Assembly: GCA_016783505.1 (NCBI GenBank)
Contig: JADHWK010000016.1
Coordinates: 1-45,564 of the forward strand
From: Candidatus Zhuqueibacterota bacterium
Lineage (GTDB): Bacteria; BS750m-G25
Reading direction: 5' to 3'
DNA length: 45,564 nt
Shown here: in pieces, positions 20,204-30,117 of the stretch
How positions within the stretch are numbered: position 1 is the stretch's first letter
How the letters are laid out: each line of letters starts with the position of its first letter
The notes under the pieces: generated by a model
Databases searched by the model: none
What the model was told of the DNA's origin: nothing
What the model saw: the letters and a program-made list of their open reading frames with translations, nothing else
Position numbers and translations under genes: made by a program

Positions 20204-21232
20204 ATGGATCCATCAATCTATGCCGCATTGATCAGCGTCGGCGTGCTGGGGTTTATCTTCGGCGGCGGGCTGGCCTATGCATCCAAAAAATTTCATGTGG
20301 AGATTGACCCCCGAGCTGAAAGGGTGCTGGATGCCCTTCCCGGCATTAACTGCGGGGCCTGCGGCTACCCGGGGTGTAGCGCCTTCGCTGAAGGGGTGGT
20401 AAACGGGGAGGCGGAACCATCGGGGTGCACCCCCGGTGGAGAGGGGGTTTCCGAGATAGTCTCGGCGATCATGGGGGTGGAGGTGGTGACCGCCACCGCC
20501 CCAGTGGCCGTTGTTCAATGTAAGGGGGGGCGAGGGGAGGCCAAGCAGCATTTCCAATATTACGGTGTGCCGGATTGTAACGCCGCCGATCTGGTAGCCG
20601 GGGGGCATATGGCCTGCCGCTACGGCTGTCTGGGACTGGGGTCCTGCGTTCGGGCCTGTCCCTTCGACGCCATGGAGATGAACGATAACGACCTGCCGGT
20701 AGTTTACGATGACCTGTGCACGGGATGCGGGTTATGCGTGGCCGCCTGTCCACGCAATATCATCGCCCTTATCCCCCGGGAGGCTAAAGTTTACTTAGGA
20801 TGCGTCTCCCGGGATCGGGGTAAGAAGGTCAAGGACGTCTGCTCGGTAGGCTGCACCGGCTGCACCCTGTGTGCCAACCCCAAGGTAACCCCCTCGGGGG
20901 CCATTCAAATGGACGGTTATCTGCCGGTAATTGATTTTAATGTTGAGGATAACCTTCTGGTGGCCGCCTATAAGTGTCCCACCAATTCCTTCGTGGATAA
21001 GCTCAAACATCGGCCCAAATTTACCATCACCAATGACTGTACGGGAACGGGTGAGTGCGTTTCTGCGTGTCCGGTCAAGGACTGCATTACCGGAGTGAAA
21101 GGGGAGAAGTTCGAGATTAACCCCGAGCTCTGTATCAGTTGCGGGCGGTGTCAGCCCGTATGTCCCGAAAAGGCCATTACCGTTATCGGGGCGCTGGCCT
21201 ATCAAGAGCAGTCGTTGGAAGGGGTAGGATAA
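20204..21232 (+). CDS. rnfB: Rnf complex subunit B (polyferredoxin type)
   Basis: N-terminal TM, LPGINCGACGYPGC, CRYGCLGLGSC, several extra CxxCxxC motifs. Confidence 0.96.
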   Translation: MDPSIYAALISVGVLGFIFGGGLAYASKKFHVEIDPRAERVLDALPGINCGACGYPGCSAFAEGVVNGEAEPSGCTPGGEGVSEIVSAIMGVEVVTATAPVAVVQCKGGRGEAKQHFQYYGVPDCNAADLVAGGHMACRYGCLGLGSCVRACPFDAMEMNDNDLPVVYDDLCTGCGLCVAACPRNIIALIPREAKVYLGCVSRDRGKKVKDVCSVGCTGCTLCANPKVTPSGAIQMDGYLPVIDFNVEDNLLVAAYKCPTNSFVDKLKHRPKFTITNDCTGTGECVSACPVKDCITGVKGEKFEINPELCISCGRCQPVCPEKAITVIGALAYQEQSLEGVG

Positions 21233-21285
21233 TTCTATCGGCCAGTGATTTTAATTGACTCTTTGGGTTCCTTTTCATATATTTT

Positions 21286-21777
21286 ATGGCATTATTGTTC
21301 TATTTATTCGCTCTGGTGGTCGCCTTTTCAGCGGTGATGGTGATTATCCGGAGGAATCCGGTCTCCAGCATCCTTTACCTGATGCTGGTCATGTTTTCCC
21401 TGGCTGGGCTTTATGTTCTGCTGGGAGCCCGCTTTATCGCCGCCCTGCAGGTGACGGTCTACGCCGGGGCCATCATGGTGCTCTTTTTGTTCGTGGTGAT
21501 GCTGCTGAACCTGGATAAGCCGGATGGTGTTGAGAGAAAACGGGCCGTAACCCGACTGATTGGGTTTTTAGTGGCCGGGCTGTTGTTGTTTTTGAGCGCT
21601 TTGTTGGTCAGGTCCAATTCCATTCAAAGCTCGGGAATGGACTTTAGACCGATGGGAACGGCCCAGGCGGTGGGGAAGACCCTGTTTACGGATTATTTAC
21701 TGCCCTTGGGAATAGTTCCCGTTTTGCTGCTTGCGGCTGTGCTGGGGGCGGTAGTACTGACGAATAAGAAATTATGA
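21286..21777 (+). CDS. nuoJ: complex I subunit J
   Basis: RNPVSS, LQVTVYAGAIMVLFLFVVMLL. Confidence 0.93.
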   Translation: MALLFYLFALVVAFSAVMVIIRRNPVSSILYLMLVMFSLAGLYVLLGARFIAALQVTVYAGAIMVLFLFVVMLLNLDKPDGVERKRAVTRLIGFLVAGLLLFLSALLVRSNSIQSSGMDFRPMGTAQAVGKTLFTDYLLPLGIVPVLLLAAVLGAVVLTNKKL

Positions 21778-21862
21778 GAATTATGAACCTTATTTCTAAA
21801 GCTGGGTTGTCGGATAGTAACGAATTTTCGGGATGCATCCGACCTACAGCAGAATTTGGGAA

Positions 21863-22168
21863 ATGCAGATTACGTTAGAACATTATCTGTTCTTGTCCGC
21901 TTTTCTTTTTGCCGTCGGGGTAGCCGGGGTGCTCACCCGGCGGAACGCCCTGATAATCTTTATGTCCATTGTGCTTATGCTGAATGGGGTGAATCTGACC
22001 TTCATCGCCCTGGCTCATTATCTTTCCGATATGGTCGGCCGGGTGTTCGTGGGCTTGGGGGTAACGGTGGCCGCCGCTGAGGTAGCGGTGGGGCTGGCTG
22101 TTGTGATCGCCATCTTCCGGAATAAGGGGACGGTTCATATTGATGTATTGAGCCTGACGAAATGGTAG
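21863..22168 (+). CDS. nuoK: complex I subunit K
   Basis: [31 protein letters not shown]; likely ATG 21863. Confidence 0.93.
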   Translation: MQITLEHYLFLSAFLFAVGVAGVLTRRNALIIFMSIVLMLNGVNLTFIALAHYLSDMVGRVFVGLGVTVAAAEVAVGLAVVIAIFRNKGTVHIDVLSLTKW

Positions 22169-24000
22169 ACTATATTTGCTTAATCCTCCTCTTCCCCCTG
22201 ATCGGGGCCGGGGTTAACGGGCTTTTCGGGCATAAGCTTTCGGAAAAGACGGTGGGGATCATCGGTTGTTCGGCCATCGGGCTCTCCTTTCTGGTGGCTG
22301 GGGGAGTAATGATCCAGTTGGTGGGTCTGCCTCTAGCTGAGCGAAGGGCCGAAGTTACCCTATTCACCTGGCTTTTGGCCGGTGATTTTCGCATTCCGTT
22401 GGCTCTGTTGGTGGATCAGCTCTCCGGGGTGATGATCCTGGTGATAAGCGGGGTGGGTTTTCTGATCCATATCTATTCGCTGGGCTACATGCACGGGGAT
22501 CGGGGTTTTTCCCGCTACTTTGCCTGGATGAACCTGTCTGTCTTCTTCATGTTGCTGTTGGTGCTGGGAAATTCCTTTCCCATTTCGTTGGTGGGCTGGG
22601 AGGGGGTTGGTCTCTGCTCTTATCTTCTGATCGGCCTCTGGTATGAGGACCCGGCGAAGGCGGCGGCCGGGAAGAAGGCCTTCATCGTAGGCCGGATCGG
22701 TGACTGCGGGTTAATTATCGGTGTGCTGTTGATCTTCGCCACCTTCAAAACCCTGAATTATGTCGCGGTTTTTGAACTGGCAGGGTCATATCCAGGCAAC
22801 AGTGGGGTTATGATTGCCATTGCCTTGCTACTCTTCGTTGGGGCGGTTGGCAAATCGGCCCAGCTTCCCCTATACGTATGGCTGCCCGACGCCACTGCCG
22901 GCCCCCCACCGGTATTAGCCCTACTTACCACCACCACCATGGTCCCCGCTGGGGTATACATGGTGGCCCGGACCCATCCCCTTTATGAACTGGCCCCAGT
23001 TTCATTGACAGTCCTCTTGGTGGTAGGGGGCCTCACAGCAATTTATGCCGCCTCCATCGCCCTGGTCCAGAACGACATCAGGCGGGTGCTGGCCTATGCT
23101 ACCATCAGTCAACTGGGGTATATGTTTATGGCCTGCGGTGCCGGGGCCTATGCCGCCGGCATTTTCCATCTGACAACCTATGCTTTCTTCAATGCACTGC
23201 TATTTTTAGGGGTCGGGAGCATCATCCACGCCCTGGGAGGGGATGGGGACATCCGCCAGATGGGGGAGCTCAAGAAACATCTTCCTATTACCTTTTGGAC
23301 GTTTCTAGTAGCTGCGCTGGCCATCTCGGGTATCCCTGGGTTTTCGGGCTTCTTCAGCAAAGTTGAAATTCTATGGAAGTCCTTGAGCGGGGGCCATCCC
23401 TATGGCTGGGCGGTGGGGACAGTAGTTGCCGGCATGACCTCATTCTACATGTTCCGATTGCTCTATTTGACATTCTATGGCGATTTTCGGGGGAAAAAGA
23501 AAGCCCCAGAGCACATCCAAGAATCACCCCCCTCCATGGGAGTTCCCCTCATCCTATTGGGTGTCCTGTCCCTCTTCGGGGGATTGGGGGGGCTGCGCAA
23601 GCTGTTGGGCGGTGGGGATTGGTTGGGCCGTTTTTTAGCCCCGGTTTTCGAAAGCCCCGGGGTTCGTCACCGGGTCTATCATACCAGCGGCTTTGAATTC
23701 CTGATCATGGGGATTTTCGTGTTCGTAGTGCTGGTGGGTATTGCTCTGGCCTATTTGATGTATCGTAAAGCCCCCGAACTTCCCCAAAAGGCGGCCTCGA
23801 AATTCAGATTGGCCTATCATATTCTGTACAATAAATATTTTGTGGACGAAATCTACAATGTTGTCGTCGCTCAACCGGTGGTAAAGGGCTCCAATTGGCT
23901 ATTGCGCTGGGTTGACGATGGGGCCATTAACAAATCGGTAATGCTCATGGCCTCGGGGGTCGTCTTGATCCTCGGCTATTTTATTTTGCAAGTTCTTTAG
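22162..24000 (+). CDS. nuoL: complex I subunit L (divergent, short C-terminal helix)
   Basis: [57 protein letters not shown]. Confidence 0.93.
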   Translation: MVDYICLILLFPLIGAGVNGLFGHKLSEKTVGIIGCSAIGLSFLVAGGVMIQLVGLPLAERRAEVTLFTWLLAGDFRIPLALLVDQLSGVMILVISGVGFLIHIYSLGYMHGDRGFSRYFAWMNLSVFFMLLLVLGNSFPISLVGWEGVGLCSYLLIGLWYEDPAKAAAGKKAFIVGRIGDCGLIIGVLLIFATFKTLNYVAVFELAGSYPGNSGVMIAIALLLFVGAVGKSAQLPLYVWLPDATAGPPPVLALLTTTTMVPAGVYMVARTHPLYELAPVSLTVLLVVGGLTAIYAASIALVQNDIRRVLAYATISQLGYMFMACGAGAYAAGIFHLTTYAFFNALLFLGVGSIIHALGGDGDIRQMGELKKHLPITFWTFLVAALAISGIPGFSGFFSKVEILWKSLSGGHPYGWAVGTVVAGMTSFYMFRLLYLTFYGDFRGKKKAPEHIQESPPSMGVPLILLGVLSLFGGLGGLRKLLGGGDWLGRFLAPVFESPGVRHRVYHTSGFEFLIMGIFVFVVLVGIALAYLMYRKAPELPQKAASKFRLAYHILYNKYFVDEIYNVVVAQPVVKGSNWLLRWVDDGAINKSVMLMASGVVLILGYFILQVL

Positions 24001-24009
24001 GAATAAATA

Positions 24010-24173
24010 GTGAACCTCACTATTCTCTCCTTTATCACCTTTTCATTGGGATAGTCCTCTGGATCGGGGTCTATCCGAAGCCCTTCTTAAGCCGGATGGA
24101 GGCCTCAGTGGGCTATCTGATCCAGCGGGTGGAGTTGGCTAGGGATGGGACACCTAATTCAGACAACCTGTGA
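24010..24173 (+). pseudogene. nuoM: nuoM remnant (N-terminal stub fused out of frame to C-terminus)
   Basis: GTG start MNLTILSFITF, then in another frame IGIVLWIGVYPKPFLSRMEASV..*, the typical NuoM C-terminal motif; located between nuoL and nuoN. Confidence 0.8.
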
Positions 24174-24260
24174 GTTATCTATCATTAACTATCCAAAAGA
24201 ATTTTAAAACCAAGGTTTTTAATCACATATTGATCAGGTTGTTGAAAGAGAGAGTATTGA

Positions 24261-24593
24261 ATGAAACTGCCGAAGCGGGAGAACGCCTACGTACCACCGG
24301 GAAAATTAGCTAGATATCTTCTTTCAGAAATGCATCCTGTTGGTAAGTCGAAGGCCAAATTCTTCCAATCGGTCGGTTTCTATGGGTCCAACGTGGATAT
24401 ACTTGAGAGAAGTTTGGTTATGATTGCACACTCTAACGAGGTCAGCGAGACAAAGAAGACCTCGCATGGCACGAAATATTTAGTTGATGGAGAGATTCAA
24501 ACACCAGACGGGATGCTCGTTCAGTTGAGAACTGTCTGGATTATAGATGCTGGAAAGGACACTCCCCGTTTCGTGACAGCATATCCAGCTTAG
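24261..24593 (+). CDS. DUF6883-like putative toxin
   Basis: KLARYLL..HPVGKSKAKFF..GTKY..RTVWI..PRFVTAYP. Confidence 0.75.
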   Translation: MKLPKRENAYVPPGKLARYLLSEMHPVGKSKAKFFQSVGFYGSNVDILERSLVMIAHSNEVSETKKTSHGTKYLVDGEIQTPDGMLVQLRTVWIIDAGKDTPRFVTAYPA

Positions 24594-24615
24594 ATAATAA
24601 GGGAGGAGCTTTTAG

Positions 24616-24852
24616 ATGATTCGAGAATTGGACTCTGTTGCTTTGGCCTGTGACATTGCAGAGCATGGCCTGAAACAGGGCGATATAGGAGCAGTGGTTC
24701 ACTGCTACGGTGATGGATTGGCTTTTGAAGTTGAATTTGTGACCGCAGCGGGCAAGACAATTACTGTATTGACACTTAGCAGGGATGAAATCCGCCCTTT
24801 GGGGGGGAGAGAAATTCTTCATGCTCGGGAACTGGAACAGACTTTGGCATAA
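24616..24852 (+). CDS. DUF4926-like protein (partner of DUF6883)
   Basis: MIRELDSVAL..GLKQGDIGAVVH..AFEVEF..GKT. Confidence 0.8.
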   Translation: MIRELDSVALACDIAEHGLKQGDIGAVVHCYGDGLAFEVEFVTAAGKTITVLTLSRDEIRPLGGREILHARELEQTLA

Positions 24853-24928
24853 ACAGCTGAAGAGTCAGTGAAAAACGGTTGAGCTTAAACAAATGTCTAA
24901 ATTTAACTGCGGTAAAAATTTGTTCTCT

Positions 24929-25043
24929 TAGTGAACATCTAGATCAGTGTCTAGCCGAAGCCCTTCTTAAGCCGAATGGAGGTTTCTGTGGACCACATGA
25001 TCAAGAGGCTGGAATTGGCCAGGGATGAGGGATTAAATTTCTG
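24929..25043 (+). pseudogene. second, diverged copy of the nuoM 3' end
   Basis: CCGAAGCCCTTCTTAAGCCG identical to first copy; encodes PKPFLSRMEVSVDHMIKRLELARD, with TAG codons just upstream. Confidence 0.75.
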
Positions 25044-25104
25044 TATCGGAAATTGCTGATTATTGTTAGAAGGGCGCAAAACAAAAATCTTCCAAAGGGA
25101 ATCC

Positions 25105-26550
25105 TTGATATCCAGTCCTGAAATAAATATAAGTTCCATCGGGCCGGAGCTGACTGTTTTGCTGACGGCCATCGTCATCCTGGTGGTTGATCGGTGGGTG
25201 GCGAAAAGGAAACCATGGTTGCCATTGGGGCTGGGACTGGCCGGGTTGGCCCTGGCCCTGGGGGTCACGTTGTCGTTATGGAATCAATCCCGGGCTGGGT
25301 TCGGGGGGCTGATCGCCGCCGATAACTATGCTCTGTTTTTTAACCTTATTTTTCTCATTGCTGCCGCCATGACCTTTCTGGTCTCAAGATTTTATCTGGA
25401 CCAGAACGGGATGCAGCGGGGTAAATATTATGTTTTGTTGCTCTTTGCCCTGCTGGGGATGATGGTAACAGCGTCAGGCACGGACCTGTTGACCATTTTC
25501 CTGGGCCTGGAAACCTCGGCCGTTTCCCTCTATGCCCTGGCTGGCTTTCTGCGGGGACGGGTAAAATCCAATGAATCGGCCCTGAAATATATTCTGCTGG
25601 GGGCCTTTTCTACCGGATTTTTTCTGTATGGGGTGGCGCTGGTTTACGGGGGCACGGGGACTACCAATCTGGGGAGAATTGCTGACCACTTAGCCAAGAC
25701 CGACCTTTTATCATCCTCAATAATGCTGGCGGGGATGGGGCTGTTGATAGTGGGGTTCGGCTTTAAGGTGGCGGCGGTGCCCTTTCATTTCTGGGCCCCC
25801 GATGTCTACGAAGGGGCCCCAACCCCGATAGCCGCCTTCATCTCGGTGGGTCCAAAGGCAGCGGCTTTCGCCGCATTCCTGCGGGTATTCAGCACGGCTC
25901 TGCCGGCCCTGAAGCCCCAATGGACCCCGGTGCTCTACGTATTAGCCATCCTGACTATGACCCTGGGGAACCTGGCGGCCCTATCCCAGTGGAACATCAA
26001 ACGGATGCTGGCCTATTCCTGTATCGCCCATGCAGGGTATGTGCTGGTGGCGTTGGTGGCCGGTGAGGAGTTAGGAAATGCCAGTGTCCTCTTCTATCTG
26101 TTCGTCTACAGCCTGATGAACCTGGGGGTCTTCACCATCGCCATCTTGATCAATCGAAGGGGGAAAGGGAATTACCATCTGAACGACTACGCCGGGCTGG
26201 GCACCAGCCATCCCCTCCTGGGGGCGGTCATGGCGCTGTTTATGCTATCGTTAGCGGGAATTCCCCCCACGGCCGGGTTCTTCGGTAAATTCTATATCTT
26301 CGCTGCCGCGGTTAAATCGGACTATATCTGGTTGGCGGCGATCGGAATTCTGAACTGGTTGGTTTCCGTCTATTATTATCTGCGAATCGTCGTCACTATG
26401 TATATGATAAAGCCGGAGATCGCCTTGAAAAGGGTCAGGGTAGTACCGGAATTTGTGGTGGTCCTTCTGGTTTCGGCCCTGGGGATCCTGGGGCTGGGCC
26501 TCTTTCCGTCCGGACTGATGTTCTTGGTGAAAAGCGCGGTGATTTTTTGA
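25105..26550 (+). CDS. nuoN: complex I subunit N
   Basis: LGLE, ESALKY, GFKVAAVPFHFWAPDVYEGAPTP, KRMLAYSCIAHAGY, GIPPTAGFFGK; likely TTG start 25105. Confidence 0.94.
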   Translation: MISSPEINISSIGPELTVLLTAIVILVVDRWVAKRKPWLPLGLGLAGLALALGVTLSLWNQSRAGFGGLIAADNYALFFNLIFLIAAAMTFLVSRFYLDQNGMQRGKYYVLLLFALLGMMVTASGTDLLTIFLGLETSAVSLYALAGFLRGRVKSNESALKYILLGAFSTGFFLYGVALVYGGTGTTNLGRIADHLAKTDLLSSSIMLAGMGLLIVGFGFKVAAVPFHFWAPDVYEGAPTPIAAFISVGPKAAAFAAFLRVFSTALPALKPQWTPVLYVLAILTMTLGNLAALSQWNIKRMLAYSCIAHAGYVLVALVAGEELGNASVLFYLFVYSLMNLGVFTIAILINRRGKGNYHLNDYAGLGTSHPLLGAVMALFMLSLAGIPPTAGFFGKFYIFAAAVKSDYIWLAAIGILNWLVSVYYYLRIVVTMYMIKPEIALKRVRVVPEFVVVLLVSALGILGLGLFPSGLMFLVKSAVIF

Positions 26551-26621
26551 AGCCAAGCGGACAATGATGGTCCTACCGGATAAAACCCCCAGCTTCATCT
26601 TTCGGGGATGGTGAACAGGAC

Positions 26622-27785
26622 ATGCTTCTTTTGCATTTAGCCCTTATCGTCATTCTGAGCAAACTGGTCTCGGCCCTGGCGGCAAAATATAAGCAGCCCC
26701 CTGTTCTGGGGATGCTGTTGCTGGGGCTATTGCTGGGGCCCTCGGGATTTCACTTTATTGACTCGGAGATTGTATTAAAAAGCCTCGCCAAACTCGGAGT
26801 CCTGATCCTCATCTTCATGGTGGGTCTGGAGACAGATTTTGGGGGGATGAGGAGGCAGGGAAGGGCCTCCTTTTTGGCCGCCTTGGGGGGCGTTATCTTC
26901 CCCTTTGGGCTGGGAATTGGAACTGCTTTGTTCTTCAACTATGGATTGCTCGAGGGTTTCGTCATCGGAACTATCCTGACGGCAACCAGCGTGAGCGTCA
27001 CCGCTATGACCCTTATAGATTTGGGAAAGCTCAAGACGGCGGAGGGAACCACAATCCTCGGGGCGGCGATTCTCGATGATATCTTTGGGATCTTATTAAT
27101 TTCCATTATACTTTCCCTTGGGGGCGGTCAGACGAACATATGGGCCGTATTGGGGAAAATCATTCTGTTCTTTTTCATCACTACGGGGATCGGGATTTTT
27201 GCTTTTCCAAAATTGATGCGCTTCTCAGAGAGGCTCCATGTGCCCCACGGGGCGGTCGCCATTGCCCTGGGTCTGGCTTTCTTATATGCCTGGATCGCAG
27301 AACTCGGGAGGATTGCCTATATCACCGGGGCCTATCTTGCCGGGCTCTTTTTGGGAAGAACCACTACCCAGCGTCGTATTATCGCCGGGATGGAAACCCT
27401 GGGACAATCCCTTTTCACAGCTATCTTCTTTGTAAATATCGGGCTGGAAACCGAGCTAAAGGGCTTGAGTGAAAGCTATCTTTTTGTCCTTATCTTTGTC
27501 TTAGCCGCCATATTGGGGAAGGTGATCGGAAGCGGAATCGGAAGCTGGACCTCCGGGTTCAACCGGGCCCAATCCCTCCGGGTGGGCATCGGGATGATGC
27601 CCAGGGGCGAGGTGGCCCTGGTGGTTGCCTCCGTCGGTCTGTCAAATCAACTGATCGGACAGGTCGAGTATTCCGGAACCGTGGTGATGGCCATCCTGAC
27701 GGCTCTGCTGACCCCATTCCTCCTGAAGCTGGCTTTTGGTAAAAAGGAAATTCAGGATAATCCACCGGGGGAACTGCACGCCTAA
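26622..27785 (+). CDS. cation:proton antiporter, CPA2/NapA-like
   Basis: GLETD, TATSVSVT, AAILDDI, GMMPRGEVAL. Confidence 0.92.
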   Translation: MLLLHLALIVILSKLVSALAAKYKQPPVLGMLLLGLLLGPSGFHFIDSEIVLKSLAKLGVLILIFMVGLETDFGGMRRQGRASFLAALGGVIFPFGLGIGTALFFNYGLLEGFVIGTILTATSVSVTAMTLIDLGKLKTAEGTTILGAAILDDIFGILLISIILSLGGGQTNIWAVLGKIILFFFITTGIGIFAFPKLMRFSERLHVPHGAVAIALGLAFLYAWIAELGRIAYITGAYLAGLFLGRTTTQRRIIAGMETLGQSLFTAIFFVNIGLETELKGLSESYLFVLIFVLAAILGKVIGSGIGSWTSGFNRAQSLRVGIGMMPRGEVALVVASVGLSNQLIGQVEYSGTVVMAILTALLTPFLLKLAFGKKEIQDNPPGELHA

Positions 27786-27857
27786 TGGGGGTGACTAACG
27801 CCAAGTGGGATTTTAAAATGCGTCGCTGAAAGCATATGTATCATTTGTAAAAATCCT

Positions 27858-27921
27858 CCTAACCCCCCCTAGCCCCCCTTTATTAAAGGGGGAACAAAAG
27901 GGGGGTTCAAAGGGGGACTTT
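27858..27921. repeat. C-run/G-run hairpin repeat
   Basis: CCCCCCTAGCCCCCCTTTATTAAAGGGGGAACAAAAGGGGGG. Confidence 0.55.
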
Positions 27922-28042
27922 GAGAAAGGCCAAAGGATTAAGAAATAGGATTTAGTGGCGAACTGTTACTTTAATTTTGAATATTTGTGCCGAACTTGAG
28001 AAATAATGTGTGAATAATAAAAGATTAGACGAGGGGAGTGAG

Positions 28043-28564
28043 ATGTTATCCAGAATGATTAAAGAGGAATTGATCCTTCTCGATCTGAAATCCAGGACAA
28101 AGGAAGAAATAATCGAAGAGATGGGCCACTTGTTTGTCCATTCCGGATCCATCTCGGACCTGGATGAATTCATCAGAACCATACAGGAGAGGGAGGCTAT
28201 TGAAAGCACGGCCATCGGCGGGGGCGTCGCCATTCCCCACGGGAGGTCGGGAGCGGTGGAGGAGTTGTGCATAGCCTTTGGTGGGTCCAAAACAGGGGTT
28301 GATTTTGGGTCCCTGGATGGAGAGCCCGTTCACCTGATCTTTATGATTGCCTCACCCCTGAGTGCCCCCGGGGAATACCTCCAGGCGGTGGCAAAGATCG
28401 CCCGATTCCTGAAGATGGAAGATTTGAAACATAAGTTGCTGGGCGCCAAAACGAAAGGGGATGTTCTGGAAGTCCTAAGGGAGTTCGATGCCAGGGTGCC
28501 AAGGAAGATCGAGGTAAAACCGAAGGAAGGAAGGACCATATATAAGTCGAAACAGGGAGATTAG
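28043..28564 (+). CDS. PTS EIIA (Ntr/fructose-type) domain protein
   Basis: EREAIESTAIGGGVAIPHGR (phospho-His), GVDFGSLDGEPVHLIF. Confidence 0.9.
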   Translation: MLSRMIKEELILLDLKSRTKEEIIEEMGHLFVHSGSISDLDEFIRTIQEREAIESTAIGGGVAIPHGRSGAVEELCIAFGGSKTGVDFGSLDGEPVHLIFMIASPLSAPGEYLQAVAKIARFLKMEDLKHKLLGAKTKGDVLEVLREFDARVPRKIEVKPKEGRTIYKSKQGD

Positions 28565-28565
28565 T

Positions 28566-28907
28566 ATGTATCTTCTAATTATAATACTCAATAAAGAGGA
28601 GTATCTCGGGGATCTCCTCTCGGTGCTCATCGAGCTGGGGGTGATGGATGCTACCATTGTGGACTCCGAGGCCATTGGTAAGGCCTTAGCGGTGAAGGTC
28701 CCCATCTTCGCGGGATTGCGTCTGCGGGGGGATCGGATATTTTCCAAGACCATCTTCGCCCTGGTGGAGGATAAGAACACCGGGGATGAAATCGTTCATC
28801 TATTAAAGGACATCGGTATAGATCTTCTGACACCGGGGGTGGGGAGGATCGTCACCATCAAGGTGGAGTCAGCCCTGGGAACCCCCTCGCCGCCGGATAT
28901 TGTGTGA
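28566..28907 (+). CDS. small PII/GlnB-like hypothetical protein
   Basis: YLLIIILNKEEYL..GVMDATIVDSE..KTIF..PGVG..VE pattern. Confidence 0.55.
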   Translation: MYLLIIILNKEEYLGDLLSVLIELGVMDATIVDSEAIGKALAVKVPIFAGLRLRGDRIFSKTIFALVEDKNTGDEIVHLLKDIGIDLLTPGVGRIVTIKVESALGTPSPPDIV

Positions 28908-28989
28908 TCCCGAGGAAAATCCTATGGATTTCTTAGTTCTATTAGGTTGGATAAAAATTTATTGAATCGGGTTAAACGGCCGGAGGACC

Positions 28990-30117
28990 ATGAAAAGACT
29001 ACGCACCTTTTTTAATGGAATTTATAAGCAGGCCAAAGAGAAGCCGGTCCTGCGTACCCTGATGCCCCTGATCCGGATGATGGACAACTTCATCTTCGAG
29101 TCCGGGGGGGTGGTGACTGATGCTCCCCTGATCCGTGATGGGATCGGCACGCAGCGGTTTATGTCCATGGTGATTGTGGCGATTGCCCCGGCCACCATCG
29201 CTTCGGTCTATTTCTTCGGCTGGCGTTCGCTGTCCGTGATTGCGGTCTCCTATATTTTTGGCGGGATAACCGAGATTATCTTCGCCATCGTCAGAAAGGA
29301 ATCTATCAACGAGGGGCTGCTGGTAACCGGGATACTCTTTCCCTTAACCCTGCCCCCAACTATCCCCCTTTGGATGGTGGCCGTGGGGGTTGTGGTTGGT
29401 GTGGCCCTGGGGAAGGAGGTGTTCGGGGGCACTGGGAAGAATATCTTCAACCCGGCGCTGGTGGGGAGGGTTTTCCTGGCCATCGCCTTTCCGGTGGAGA
29501 TGACTACCAAATGGACAGCACCTGTGGGCGGTTTCTGGGGTGGTTTTACAACTTATCTTCCCGATGCGGTCACCTCAGCTACACCCCTGACCATTTTCAA
29601 ATCAACCGGCCAGCTCACCACCAATCTGGATTTGCTGTGGGGCAATGTGGCCGGGAGCCTGGGGGAAACCTCCGCCCTCCTGCTCATATTGGGGGGCCTG
29701 TTCCTGATGCTGACTAAGGTGAGCAACTGGCGCATACCGGTGGGCTATCTGGGCTCGGCCTTTGCCTTCGGATGGGTTATGTGGCTGCTGGTTCCCCAAA
29801 AGTTTGCCCCCCCAGTATTTCAACTGCTATCCGGAGGGCTGCTTTTCGGAACCTTCTTCATGGCCACCGACCCGGTCTCGGCCCCCATAACGAACCTGGG
29901 AAGGTGGATATATGCCCTTTTGCTCGGTATCATTACCATCATTATTCGGGGGTTGAGCGGATATGTGGAGGGGGTGATGTTTGCCATTTTATTCATGAAC
30001 ATCTTTTCATCCTTAATCAATGACATGACCGTTCCCCTCATTGCCAGGCGCAGGGAGCGGAGGGTTAAAGCCTCACTGAGTGCACGTCTTGGGAGTCCCA
30101 AAAATCTAACGAAATAA
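28990..30117 (+). CDS. nqrB: NqrB/RnfD-family subunit
   Basis: NqrB-like N-terminal extension, GKEVFGGTGKNIFNPALVGR, FMN site TSATPL, GSLGETS, FMATDPVS. Confidence 0.85.
   Translation: MKRLRTFFNGIYKQAKEKPVLRTLMPLIRMMDNFIFESGGVVTDAPLIRDGIGTQRFMSMVIVAIAPATIASVYFFGWRSLSVIAVSYIFGGITEIIFAIVRKESINEGLLVTGILFPLTLPPTIPLWMVAVGVVVGVALGKEVFGGTGKNIFNPALVGRVFLAIAFPVEMTTKWTAPVGGFWGGFTTYLPDAVTSATPLTIFKSTGQLTTNLDLLWGNVAGSLGETSALLLILGGLFLMLTKVSNWRIPVGYLGSAFAFGWVMWLLVPQKFAPPVFQLLSGGLLFGTFFMATDPVSAPITNLGRWIYALLLGIITIIIRGLSGYVEGVMFAILFMNIFSSLINDMTVPLIARRRERRVKASLSARLGSPKNLTK

Noticed and set aside
26551-26621. Na+ or fluoride riboswitch upstream of the antiporter
   Set aside because: Only fragmentary resemblance; cannot be supported without an Rfam scan.
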